Both the position numbers and the translations under genes were made by a program. The notes beneath the pieces are model-generated. The model did not search any database. It was not told the DNA's origin and saw only the letters and a program-made list of their open reading frames with translations. Shown in pieces: positions 35,378-48,577 of a stretch of 64,000 nt of DNA (its first letter is position 1; each line of letters starts with the position of its first letter). Source of the DNA: Trichoplax adhaerens. Lineage: Eukaryota; Animalia; Placozoa. Location of the stretch: NCBI RefSeq assembly GCF_000150275.1, contig NW_002060943.1:8378066-8442065 (forward strand). The letters are read 5' to 3'.

Positions 35378-38300
35378 ATGGTAGTTATAAATCAGAATAA
35401 TCCAGATGCACATGAATCTCGCTCTCTCATCGGAGCTAACCGCAATTCTCAATATGGCAGTAAGTTCTTTAACTTCTTTTCTCTCCTAAAAGTACATTAT
35501 AGATATAATTTTGATAGACTAGATGATATTAAACTACCAATATTAACTTTACTAGTCATTTATTTCTATTCATCTATTTTTATGGCAATAAAACCCATCG
35601 TGAGATGATTTCCATCAACTTGTACAAATATATATTGCATGTATATTTTCATGATTTTTATCATATTGTCTTACAAATACTCGTGTAACCTACAGCTACA
35701 GAAAATGGGCAACCCTCCACCCTAGATAGTAATTCTACAATTGGCACAGCTGGTTACTCGACAGCCGAAGATGACTGTTTTCTAATTGCTGGTACATCTA
35801 TAATTTAAGACTAAGGTATCACTTAAAGCATTTGAGAAAATATGCATATAAATCTACTTAATTACACTGATAGGTAATACAAATGATTTATCGAGCAAAA
35901 GTTATCGTACGGCAAATGAAGATGAAGCAATACCAAATCCAACAGGTTATTTAGACATTGAGTTAATTCTATAGAAGATAAAAATCTAGATCATTATACT
36001 TACTCGTTCTTATATGAACGTAATGACTACGACTTACTAAGTGGATATTATGATTTTATAAATATAAGTTATCTCATAAGTTTGGCTAATATAGATAAAT
36101 TAATCTACATTAAGAAATGAACTTGCAGAAATTATGATGTCTAAGTAAATTTGTTACGAATACAATGCTTATATGATAATACAGTATTTCTGTAAACCGT
36201 TGCTAATCCTTCGCATATTTGTATTTCTTTGCATTTATAGAAGCACAAGTTGAAGACCAAAATTCATCCAAGTCAGTTATTGTTGGCGTCATTCTAGTTG
36301 TTGTTTATGCTATATGTCTCTCTGCAGCTACCCAAACTGGAAAAGAACTATATACTACTAGTAATTTCACTGGAGCCTCACTAGTTGCTTGGTAACGAAA
36401 TACTTAGTAAAGGACATTAAATTATTTTAATATTGGACGTAAAAATTAAACTGAAGGTGGAATAAATTATAAGTAAATATGAAATTTAAATTTTTCGTTA
36501 TAAAATTGGAATATTTTATAGCTATGATTAAGGTTCTTATTGTAATAGCATAACAAGACTACCACGATTTTTACAAAACAATAAAGTTAATAGCTACAAT
36601 CAAATTACACAAACGACTTTAGTGTATGCTAACAATGTCTAAAAATGAAAAATTTAGCATCAGTTGTTAGCAGCGTGATTTTAGCAATTGTTATTTTTGT
36701 ATTTAAATTTAGGTCTTCCAGATCGCTGTTGCTAATCTTCTATCCCATAATAGTCATATCATTACTATTTTCTGGTCAAAGCTACGACGAAATTTACATG
36801 TAAAGTGCAAATTAAAATAATATCTGTAAAAATATAACATTACTTCGGAATCTCAGCTGCTCAAGCTGTAACTTAAATATCATATATATTTCAGTCTATT
36901 TAATTGTGTATGAAAATTTTCAATTTATAGTAATTATGATATTGCTGTGTGTTATCTGTATTCGATGAAATTATAAGCTAAGAATCATGTCTGTATCGAT
37001 TGTAAATAGAAACATATAGCTTACTATATGAGTAATAAAATAATGTTTTATTTATTTTGTACGATATCTATCGTAAATATTGCACATAAATTTTAGGAAA
37101 AGTATTATGCTTATGTATTATTGACACCATCTATTTAGGCGTGCTTCTAAATTCTATATGCAAAAGGGATCTTCCTTGAGAATCACCATTATCAAAATTA
37201 TTCCATTAACTTGCCTATCATTGGGCATTGCCTATTTCTACTTGATTTCGCTATCATTCTTATCCTCAACAAATGTTTCGGCGATATATTCCTTCTCCGC
37301 AGCAATTGTTTATGTTATGTCTTTAATTTTCTTGAAAGAACCCTTCTTATTCCTGCGGGTATTTTCGCTTTCATATTATTGTATATACCTACATATTTTA
37401 TCCAAATAATTTTCATATCATTTTGATCTTTTTCATCAGTTCTTATAAAAATTTTTGCTACTATTTTAGTTCTTGGCCGTGGTAATCTCATTAGCTGGCG
37501 TGGTATTGATTACTATTGCCAAAGAAGACGGCTCTTTTATAGTATCAGGCGTATTTTTGGCACTAGCGGCCGCTTTTTGTGGAGCTAGTTTTCGGGTTAG
37601 TACAGATCGTATCAGTTTAGCACTGACTGTTGATTGACTCTATTATTATATTCCGAAAATGATACTATAAAATGAATTAGTTTAAATGCAGAAACATACT
37701 TTTCGAATTGTAATAATACTATCTTCTGTATATCATAATTAATCTTATGTAGAATAAGACGATATGTCATCGCAGTTTCATTAATGAAGCATTGTTTCAT
37801 TAAATACACTAGAATATATTAAAAAATAGTATCATCAATTTAAGTAATCTAGAAATTTCATGACCAAAAATAGATCTTACTATTTTTAATTATTTATCAT
37901 CTATCGGATAGAATGGCCCAAGATTCAATGGCTGATTTACAAATTTTCGCCAATTAATTCTCTACTGTCTTCATATCACTATTTTATAGGTTGTTACCAA
38001 AGTGATTATCGGATCAGCATCAGTTATTGAGACGACTTTTCTCTTGACTATCATGGGAACTCAATCCCTTTGTATCTTTTGGATTCCTATTTTAATTTTA
38101 CACTTTACAAATGTAGAAGTGATTGTAGTACCCGATTTTCCTTGGACTTGGCTTATGTTGACTATACTTTTACGCACAACATTTAATCTGTTAGTCTGCA
38201 TTGGCATTGCCTATACCCATCCCATCTATATTTCGATTGGGTCATTACTAACTATACCAATTAACGCTATAATTGATTCAACTGTACGACATCAAAATTT

Positions 38301-38439
38301 TCAACTTTTAGAAATTATAGGTACTATCCTGTTAATTATTGCATTTATAGTATTCACTATTCCACTTAACATTATTATATCTGTATCAGCAAAAATACGT
38401 TTATCTATTCGTAATTTACTTTGCAGACCAACTTTATAG
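35378..38439 (+). CDS. SLC35F3/F4-like DMT transporter, copy 7, 8 exons (extra N-terminal exon)
   Basis: Exons 35378-35459, 35696-35791, 35874-35945, 36241-36391, 36713-36799, 37139-37358, 37470-37595, 37990-38439. Motifs ATQTGKELY, STNVSAIYS, HPIYISIGSLLTIPINAIID. Confidence 0.85.
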
Positions 38440-41400
38440 TATGCATGCTGTATTTAACTGGCTTAAATTAACTAATACATCGGTAAGCTATCATTGACAT
38501 CATTTCTTGATAAATCGTTTGTCTTAATTACACTTACCTATACCAGATCGTCTAAGCCTGACTTTTCTACCATATCTTTAGGCTAGATGTGCTACACTAA
38601 TATGATAATAGATGAAAGCTTTTATTTTATTTTCACTTCTTGTATAATCAGTGAAGTATTGGAAAAAGGGCTTGCAAATAATTTTATTAGATATTTGAAA
38701 CTTAATATAGTATTCAATCTTGTGTCGTAAAATAATGTATAAGTTATCTCTATAACAAATGTTCAAGGTCGAAAATGGGTAAAATTATAGTACGAAGAAA
38801 CCATTAAATATGCTAATTATTATGAAATTGCATTCGATGTATTTCCGTAATAAATCTTAAAATTGAGCCAAAAGATAAATGTTTACAGTATAGCTGTGTA
38901 AAATATATTAATCCGTTTTCTTTACTATTTAAATTATGGCAGAGCTTTTGAAGCACTAAGCTGCCGGCATCGTACATGAAGGATCTATATTTTATAATTC
39001 TGTCCCAGTAATTTACGAAGACTAGATCTCCATTTAAATTTTTTGATTATTTCTTGTCTAAAATAGTGTTTGATAGTCATTCACCCATTTTCTTTTGTAT
39101 TGGTCATCGTAGTAGATATTAAGTTAGTTAGTGAAATTTACTCCTCGATTTTTATATAGCGTCTGCTATTTCTTTCTTTCTGAAGAGCATAATTACTTCG
39201 GGGCTGGTAAAGCAGAGTAATCCGGAAGATACTACAAAGCTCCTATACTCCCTAATCGAGTGGGAATAGGAGTTTAGCGATTTCAGTATTAATCGAGTTA
39301 ATAATAACTTCAACTTTATGAAATAATACTATATCGATATGCTACGTAATTTTTTAGTGAAATAGATACTTTGGCCAAGAACAGTAACATGCGATCATTA
39401 TCTTATTCTGAGTTGTTCACTATTCCAGTATATTATATGCATATACGGCTACCATAGAGTGCCAAAATACTGATACTTTGAGTAGCACGAGTTATATCAG
39501 ATAGAGTAGATGTTGAACTTAATCAACTTGTACGCTACTTCAGAAATAATTAAGAAAAATTCTTTAATTCTATTGAATCTTCTTGAATTATACCGAAGTT
39601 AGGTACTTATTTTTACGCTTTGATGTTGTATATGTTGGCGTATCATCAAAATGCCGTATCAAATTTTAACAGAGCTTTCATGAATTTATGCTGTTTATTA
39701 AAACATTGATCTTAAATAGAGAATGCCCTATTTCCGTAAAGGAAAAGTAATATAATAACTTAATACCATTATCAAACCGCTAAATTTGTATTGAAAGGCA
39801 TATTGAAGCTGATCTTATAAATCAAGCATATACCGCCTAATTGAATACGGTACAAGCCATATGCTAAGACAGTAACCAACCACGGTAACAACAACAAAGG
39901 TAAATCCAGCCAGATGGTCACTTATATTACTGTTATCCTAAAGCAAGACCCTTTTGACTAGAAGTACAATTGTACTTATAAAATCCATTCATATAAAGCA
40001 ACTTATATAACCAGTAGAAGCAGGTGAAAATCTCCTAATCTTATACAATACAATAATTCTAGTTGTGTATCCATGAATCTTCATAGTTTTTTCTATTCTA
40101 TCAATTTTTAATGCTATATATTTTTGGTTGCTGTAATTTTCCCCTTAATCATAAATGATATCACAGTGCTCGATTAAGCACAAGGCGAGCTAGTAGTAAT
40201 TATTTTATCAAGTCTCGACTTTATCGATTGCAATTAACTTCTACCGTAAGATTCGTATCATTGCCGTCAGTTTCATCGTCATAATAGAAATAACAATAAT
40301 AATTTGAATAATAAATGATGAGAATACGGGCTCAATGGCAGAGATATATGTGACAATTCCATTTGATCCTGCTTTAATACATAGAACTACCATACAGTAT
40401 TTTTGTTACTGAAAGGCAATTCTCTACTCGCAAGCAAAGTAAAATTTGGCTATACTCGTGTGTGTGATTTTGCGATGCTAAAGGCCGATTTAATTACTTA
40501 GCCTACTTTAGATTTAGCAATTAAGAGTACTCTTGACAGAAAGTTAGGTAGACAAGATTTGGCAATATTTAGTTTGTTTATGTCTATGCTACAGTACCAT
40601 TTTGAACGATAGATAGATCTGAGAAAGGTTCGGTTACCCTCCCTACTGCGCTGATAGACTGTCGACATATTAAATCATATCAATTTTATACCATTATAAA
40701 TTCGCCTGGAGTTGAACTTATGACATCCAATCAATCATTTAGTCTCCTTTGCTCAACATCGTGATGTGTAGTATAGCTATACTGGTTTTAGATGTCAAGA
40801 TGTACATTGTACGTTAATGTATTTTCCTAGACTTTTGGCTACCCTAGTTAAAAGTTACTTGTGATAAAGCTACAATACATAAAATAGAGAACAAATAACA
40901 ATAACATTAAATAAAGGTGGAGCATACGTATAAACAATAATTCAGCACACTTATTAAAATGGCTATTGTATCGTATGGTCTGATGGCATTGTAGGCGCAA
41001 GACGTGAAATTATTTTTATTTATCTCATCATCAGTGTAGCAGTAAGAAAAAATAAGCGAATAGACAGACATTTAACGACGGTTTCTAAATTGTAGATTGA
41101 TGTTTAAGTTTACAAGTTGGTATTTTCTAGACCCAAAGCTTGATCAGTAAGATGCATGCACTGATTGTATGATAAGGAATACCAAAGATATTCGAGAAAT
41201 TCGATTTTCGACGACAACATAGGCAAGACATTTTCTCTGTTTAAACGCGATTTTTAGAGTCCATGAAATCCTCAAGTCTCGCTGCTGTGTTAAGTTAAAT
41301 CCCTAGGTGGTCTATCTTCATCACGTTAATATTCTTATACCATTAATTTAATTAAGCGAATAGCTGTATATCCATACATAAGGACGTCCATGGCATTTGA

Positions 41401-41461
41401 TAGTATTGACCAGACGGCGATTTAAAGCATTATCTACCATTTTAAACTGTATTGTTGGCAA

Positions 41462-41686
41462 GGTCTATCACGGAATAATCGCTAGGACTATCAGTAAGAT
41501 TTACTGGATTAATTTCATCAAGTAAAATAATTAAATTCAAGCACCTGCTAGAACATAACTAATAAGCAAAGGCTAGCAATTGGTATAATATTTATTATTT
41601 GGTAGATAGACATACGCGTAGGTCTGTCACCGAATGATTGCCAGGACTATCGACGAAATTTACTAGGCTCAATTTTATCAAGTAAA
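41462..41686. repeat. Two diverged ~65-bp direct repeats
   Basis: GGTCT.TCAC.GAAT.AT.GC.AGGACTATC....A.ATTTACT...AATTT.ATCAAGTAAA occurs at 41462 and 41621. Confidence 0.7.
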
Positions 41687-42574
41687 TCGATTCGATTCAA
41701 GATCGTACTGGAACGTAACAAGTGAGTGAAGACCAGCAATGGACATGATTATTATAGTTCAGTAAGCATGCCATTGACATCTTTTCCTTCTTGTTAGTTT
41801 GAGATGATCTAGGCAAGTAGCCAGTCAATTTCCTATAGTACGAGTACAAGTCATCATGGCATAATATTTTTGATATCCTTAAAATATAAAGCTGAAATAA
41901 AGTAATCCAATTATTAGCAAGTATATTACTGTCAATCTTCATTAGCAATGTATTAATGGTGAATCAGGCAATTTTTGCGGTACATCTTACGACGATACTA
42001 TACTCTTTTATTTCCTTCAATATTAAGCTGAAATGATCTGATGCGAATGTGAATCAGACGTATATTTAGTGTATTCCTAGTAATATCCGCATATGTTTAG
42101 AGACTAATAGACAGTCTTCTACTATATGATAACTAGACGTGCAAAGTTCAGATAGTCAAACTTTAATATATAGTATAGATACGATGCCTTGTAGTTCGTT
42201 AATTATTTAATCTAAAATGATCTAATCCACCTATTAGCAAAATTAATCAAAGTATCATTAGCTATTTATTAGCTATATATTAGTTATTAGCTATTAAGAT
42301 TCGTGCTAAGTGATTTCAACCCTTCAGTGCCATTAACGGAATAGATACGTAATTAGTGCCTAACTTTTATAGCTATGCAATATGGAGCAGATTATTATCA
42401 CTACAACTTCTGAGGTTCCTAAGAGTATACTAGGGCTACGAGTACTTATCCGTACTATTAGAATGCCTGTTTTAGAATCGCATTTATAAATACGGTACTC
42501 TGTTTATTTTCTCATATGATCTCTCAAGAATCGTCATTGGATAAAAGTGGTTGCAGAATTCAGCCAGACAAGGA

Positions 42575-43085
42575 TCAATAAATAGAATCCCATCAAGAAT
42601 AGTGGCTATCACATAATAGCAAACGTGCAGTTAAAATAAGACGGGTGCACCAGATACAGGCCAATCAACCGAATTCCATCGAGGATAATTGTAACCAGAT
42701 AAAGTAGACGCAAAGTTAAAATAAGACAAGTGTAGCCAAACAAAAATCAACAGAATCTCGTCAAGGATAGCAACTATTAAATAAAAGTAGAGACGGAGTT
42801 AAAGCAAGGCGAGTAAAGTAGACAAATATTAACAGATTTTCATCAAAGACGGTAACAAGCAAATAAAAACAGACACGGAGTTAACGAAGACGAGGAAGCT
42901 AAATAAATAAGCAAGTGCTTGAATAAGTCAAAGCAAAGTCGTCAACAGAAATCCCTTAATAATAGCAGTAAGATAGACGTGAAGCGAATAATCCTTGGAG
43001 GGCAATAGTTAACAAAGTTTCCTCAGTAAGAGAAATCAAATAAAAATAAATACGGAGGTTAGTACGAGATGAGAAAGTCGAAATA
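42575..43085. repeat. Old, purine-rich ~82-bp tandem repeat (~5-6 copies)
   Basis: AA(C/T)AGAAT...TCAAG.ATA...TAAA.TAGAC...AGTTAAA..AAGACG recurs with ~82-bp spacing (~42581, 42667, 42749, 42831). Confidence 0.7.
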
Positions 43086-43853
43086 ATAATTCACGCAAAA
43101 ATTTTTTACCATTCAAAATAAATTTATCGATAAATTACTTTTAAATCCACTTATGCCTTCTTCAGCTTGAGCCTGCTGGAGAAAAAGTATAATTGTAGCA
43201 TATGGCTATTAAATAAAATCTGAGATTCAATAATTTAGTCCAGTCATGTTACTGTATGGTAAGGAAACGAATACTTCAGGTAGTAAAAAAATGTTCAATA
43301 TTTTTTAAGAAAGACAAGAAATGTCCTACTTAGATGATACAGTAAAATATTTATAGTCACTATCAGAGCATTGGTTATCCGCAAATCATCATAGAAAGTT
43401 AGCTTGTGTAAGATTGATTCTTTTTATATGTGATGGAAGATAAACTGCTATCAGCTAAATTGAGATATTGATAATATAACTGTAGTAGGAGAGAATTATT
43501 GGTCGGTACACTAAACAAGACCGATCAGATCTAATAGCTAAAGGTATTCTTAGCTCTTATTCCATTTCTTATCCTGATGGAAATGGAAATACCATTAGCA
43601 ATATCTTAGCTAAGCCTAACAATTTATGCATTTCAAGAAATTATGCGCAGACAGGATTATGTTATCATAGTGATATTATACTTCATAGCTATACTGTGTA
43701 ATTGTATCAAATCCAATGCAGTTTAACTTAGGTTGATTACTAAACGTACAAATAGACTACAAGGTTACTATAAATTCTCCAATTAAACTATGGTCTATTT
43801 GTTTTCATTGCATATGTATATATAAATTATATAATTGATTCATTACAGGAGGA

Positions 43854-46460
43854 ATGAAGAAAGCTAGCAATGGATCAATCAACAGTTATCAACTAGCCAT
43901 CGCGGCGAATTTTGGACAAAAAGCAGGTAAATCAACATAATACCTTTAACAATCTTAAACCATTGCTAGCGATAGCTACCAGTATTATATAAGGAATGTT
44001 ATCAACTATTTTATTTCAAATGGTATAGCATAATATAACTCGTACGCGGTATATACGAATTTTTAAAATCAGATTTTAATGGTAAAGATTTTTTGATTTA
44101 TAATCAATGCCAATTGGTTACTTACTCTACATATAATATAGCCATAGTTGGTGTGGAATAGCGGTCCACCTGTTATATCAATTACTGTAAATAGTAATAC
44201 TATAATTGTATTTTTTAAAGTTTTAGAAGATGAGGATCACCAACCAGGTAACAAGAAACAGGCCCAATCAAGAAAACAAATCATCATTGGGGTAGCTTTT
44301 GTCATAGCTATAGCAGTGTGTACTGCTGGTGCAACTCAATTCGGAAAGGATTTATACGAAGAAGGCAATTTTACTTCTACATCACTGGTAGCATGGTAAT
44401 CGTTATAAGCAATAGGAATAGGCTTTACGACTGATAGAGAAAATCATAGCTACTTTTTTTCTTGAATAGCTTCGTCATTTAGTCCTATTGCGATACATTT
44501 TCTTACAATACTTCTACGTTATAACGGCTTGTATCAATTAATTATAAAATTAGTTAGGATTCTGTTATATGTAGTTTTATACGTAAAGAAAATCCTATCT
44601 GACTAAAATATTGAAATTTTATTGCATCTACTTATCCATATCTTAACTTAATTGTATGATTGATTAGATCTTACGATGAGTCAATTTTTTATAGAACTAA
44701 AGTCATTTAATTAAAGATAATGTAATTTAAAAGTTCTAAGACTTTTACTAGACAATATCTTAATTATGCGCCTGTTGTCAGATAGGATCTTGTTATGTGT
44801 CCATTTTTTACTGACTTAAAATCATATCTAATTAAAATATTGAAACTTTTACAACTTTACATTAATTCCAGAATAGTATTCATTTAATCTGAAAAAATAT
44901 ACTTAGATATAACCATCGTTTTATTGCCACTTTCCTGTATTTGCACGTAGGTCTTCAAGATCCATGGCTGTTTTTATTTATCCAGCAGTATCCATTTTCT
45001 ATACTTTTCGTGGGCAAAGTCATCGAGAAACATATAAGTAAGATGTAGATCGCAAAATAACTCGTTTTAAATTGCCTTCGTTTAAAATTTGCATTTCTAT
45101 ATTCAGCCAATCAACTTGGCATAGTAAATTAGAAACAATTTGTTTCATTTTATTTAAAATTTCAAACTATTCAAAAATTTTATACCGTATTATTGTAGAG
45201 GTATCTATACTAATAACATAAAGATAATTAATTCCTCTCGTTCCTTATCCTATGGAGATATAAATTATAAGATATATTAAACAGCTGCTACGCAACTCTA
45301 GCATCTTTCATTGCACTTTTACCATTAGAAATTTATTAAATGTAAATTAACTCTTTACAATTGATAGGCAAGCTTCCAAGATTTTCGGGCAGCATAGGCA
45401 TGGAGTTATGTCTGCTTTTCTCAGACTAATACCAATAACTGCATTGTCGACAGGTGCAACGTATCTTAGCTTCTATGCTTTGCGTTATACCTCATCAACG
45501 GACGTAACTGCCGTTTTCTCCGCCTCAGCAGCGATAGTTTACGTGCTGTCTCTCTTGGTTTTGAATGAGCCTTTTGTAGTTTTGCGGGTATAAATTAAGC
45601 TTGAAATCTTTGTAAAGGCGATATATAAGTTCGATGATGATCATTAGAGCTTAAGAATATCTTATACAGTGTTATAAATTAGAAATATTATGAAGAGAAT
45701 TGCATTAATAATTCATTAATACAATTACTGATTATTTTCTGTATGTATCGTGACTAGTTTTTGGCTGTATTAATGTCAGTAGCGGGTGTTGTGGTAATAG
45801 CCTACTCTGAGGGATTTGGATCTTTTGGAGCAATTGGAGTCATTTTAGTATCTGGAAGTGCAGCTTTTGCAGCTGTTTATCGAGTAAGTAATTAACTTTT
45901 TAATTCTACTGGATATTATACGGATGCAGAAGGCATTTTAAAGCATTAAAAATGTTCAAGAAAGGTTATTACTAGCTGTAGGTTCTCAATGTATTGTGTC
46001 TTTATCAATAAATTAGGTGTTGACGAAAAAAGTTATTGGAGAAGCATCGTTAGCTCGAGCCAGCCTTTACTTAAGCGTAACGTGTTTTCAAGCTCTCATC
46101 CTATTTTGGATCCCTATTCCTATTTTATATTTTACTGGTGTTGAAGAAATTACCTTTTCTACTTTTCCATGGACTGCATTTTTCCTATGCATATTTACCC
46201 TTTTTCTCTATAGTATACTTATGATTTTGGGTATTAATTTTACTTATCCCATCTATATGTCAATGGGACCATTGCTGGGAATTCCCATCAATGCTGCTAT
46301 TGATGTTTTAGTTCGAAATCAAACTTTTTCAACGACTAAGATTATCGGAACTATGCTATTAATTCTTGGCTTTCTAATTTTAACGATACCTCTATCGAAT
46401 ATTCTAGCGATATCAAGTAAAACTAAGTTACTTTTATGTAAGAAAAAGAATTTAAAATAA
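43854..46460 (+). CDS. SLC35F3/F4-like DMT transporter, copy 8 (first coding exon not located)
   Basis: Exons 43849-43926 (in-frame ATG at 43854; the true start may lie in an upstream exon), 44221-44395, 44951-45037, 45368-45587, 45758-45883, 46017-46460. Motifs ATQFGKDLY, STDVTAVFS, YSEGFG, YPIYMSMGPLLGIPINAAID. Confidence 0.85.
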
Positions 46461-46479
46461 TACACCTTTTAGCAGGATT

Positions 46480-47470
46480 ACTGCTTTGTTAAAGAGGATT
46501 TTGGAATCGAAATTATTATTCAGTAAAAGATTTTAAGTTTGAAAGAATAAATCAAAGTAAGAATTGGTAGCCATGGGAACTGTTTGATAATTTTAGAAGT
46601 AGAAATGTCTAGTTTGCTTTAAAGTATAATTGTTTCGTAAAAGTAGTTAAGTTAAGCTAGAGTTTCTAAGTTATCTTAGGGGCATGACCGCTTTACTAAA
46701 GAAGATTTTGGGTATCATTGGATTTATTTCATAATATTTAAGCTTAGAATCACAAATTGGAGTATCTAATTTGCTATTATGTTGCTGCTTTGCTAAAGTA
46801 GTCAAGACATCGGTAATCCAAGTAATTGTTTAATATTAGCTTAATTTTAGAAGAATATATTGGAGCATCTATCTCACTTTCGTGATTTACTACTTACCAG
46901 TTGTGAAGATATTGGTAATCAGAGTAGCAGTTAAATAAACATATACGAACAAGTTTAGAAGAATAAGCTGGAATTTCTAGTTCGCTCTAGCCACATTACT
47001 GCTTGCTAAAGGAATTAAGATATAGGTAATTTAAAGTACCATAACTGTTCGATCAAGGATTTAGCTTAGAACAAACTGGAGTAATTTGTTCGCTCTGAGA
47101 TATTGCTAATTTGCTAATTTATCAAGTTACTGATGATCAGAGTAACTGTTCAAGAAAGATCGAACTTGAGAGGAGTGAGCTGGAATTCTTAGCTCACTTT
47201 GGCAACATTACTACCATATTAAAGAAGGTATCAGCATTCAGGATATTTATCCGATACAGCTTATTAAAGCTTAGAAGAATCAACTGTAATACCTAGTTCG
47301 CTTTGATGACATCATTATTTCATTGAAGAAAGTATTGGCAGTCAGATATCTGCTCAATAGAAGCATAAGTTTTGAAGAACAAACTGGAGTATCTCGTTGA
47401 TCCTAGTGATATTACCGCTTTACTAATATGGTCAAGATGTCAGTAATTAGAGAAACTTTCTAATACATAG
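46480..47470. repeat. Highly diverged ~105-bp tandem repeat (~7-9 copies) directly downstream of copy 8
   Basis: (C/T)TTAGAAGAA....TGGA(G/A)T.T.TAG.TCGCT.T...ATT.CT recurs at ~46741, 46845, 46953, 47064, 47165, 47269 and 47369. Confidence 0.7.
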
Positions 47471-48577
47471 TAGATATAAATTGGGATAAACCAACTGTAG
47501 TACTGTAAATGCAAAAGCACCCATGATCATTGTCGAGGTAGTTATGCATGCGTTCAAGTTAACGCTTTAAGTCCTGGATTTCCTTTAGTCATTTTTACTA
47601 TTTTACGAATTCAGGCATGTTCTAATCTCTGTGTAAAGATAATATATCACTTTACGTGCTCAGAAAATAACGAGATGCAGTAAATGGTAGTGTTATGGAG
47701 CTTGATGCTCTATGATAAGTGGCTACTAGTAAATTTGCTAATGATAAACTTATCCTTGGACTTGTTTTCTATAGTATAGGAATAAGTTAGTTTTCCTTTA
47801 CTGATCTCCGGAGTTAGTCGGGGAACCTTAAAAGTAGATAGTTTAGTTCAGGAACGATCACGAAAGCTGTTTTGTGACAGGTAGCAAATGCCAATTCACA
47901 TAATTTCAAATTAGAATGACAGAGTTCAAAAGTACTATGTTCAGATCTTGTTGGAAGGATACTTTTGGACGACTGTCGCTAGAAAATTCGCATTAATTCG
48001 TGCAGTAATTATTAAATACTGCTTATTTTTAGTTATTATGATAGTATTATAATGTGAAGGTCCTAGAGTATATTATATGTGTTTTTAAGCAATTAAATTG
48101 AAAGATGTAAAATCTATCAATACCTTAACTGAAAACCTAGACGTAGTAAATGAAAACCATGGAAATTTTATTATACAAAGTAGCATTGAATGCCATTCTA
48201 CTCACTGAGATCAAGATGACTATACGATCCACTATGTTTATAGAATACTTTTAAATTCTGTATAATTACCAATATAATCCAACTATACATTCCTAGTCCT
48301 ACTCTATTATGTCCAATCCATTCGACACTAACTCAATTAATTCACAGCAGGAGAATTGAACGAGAAAATAAATATAATATACAGTGACTACTTGAGATAG
48401 AACACCCTTAATTCGCTTGATTGATAGCATTAACTGCCATCCATTTCTTATAAAATACATTAAGATGAACTGGATATAACAATCAGTATATCATAGCTAT
48501 TAAAGTTTTAGACTATTTAGTTGCTTAAATTGACCATACTCTACTCAGAAGTGATATTAGTAACATCACTACAAATT

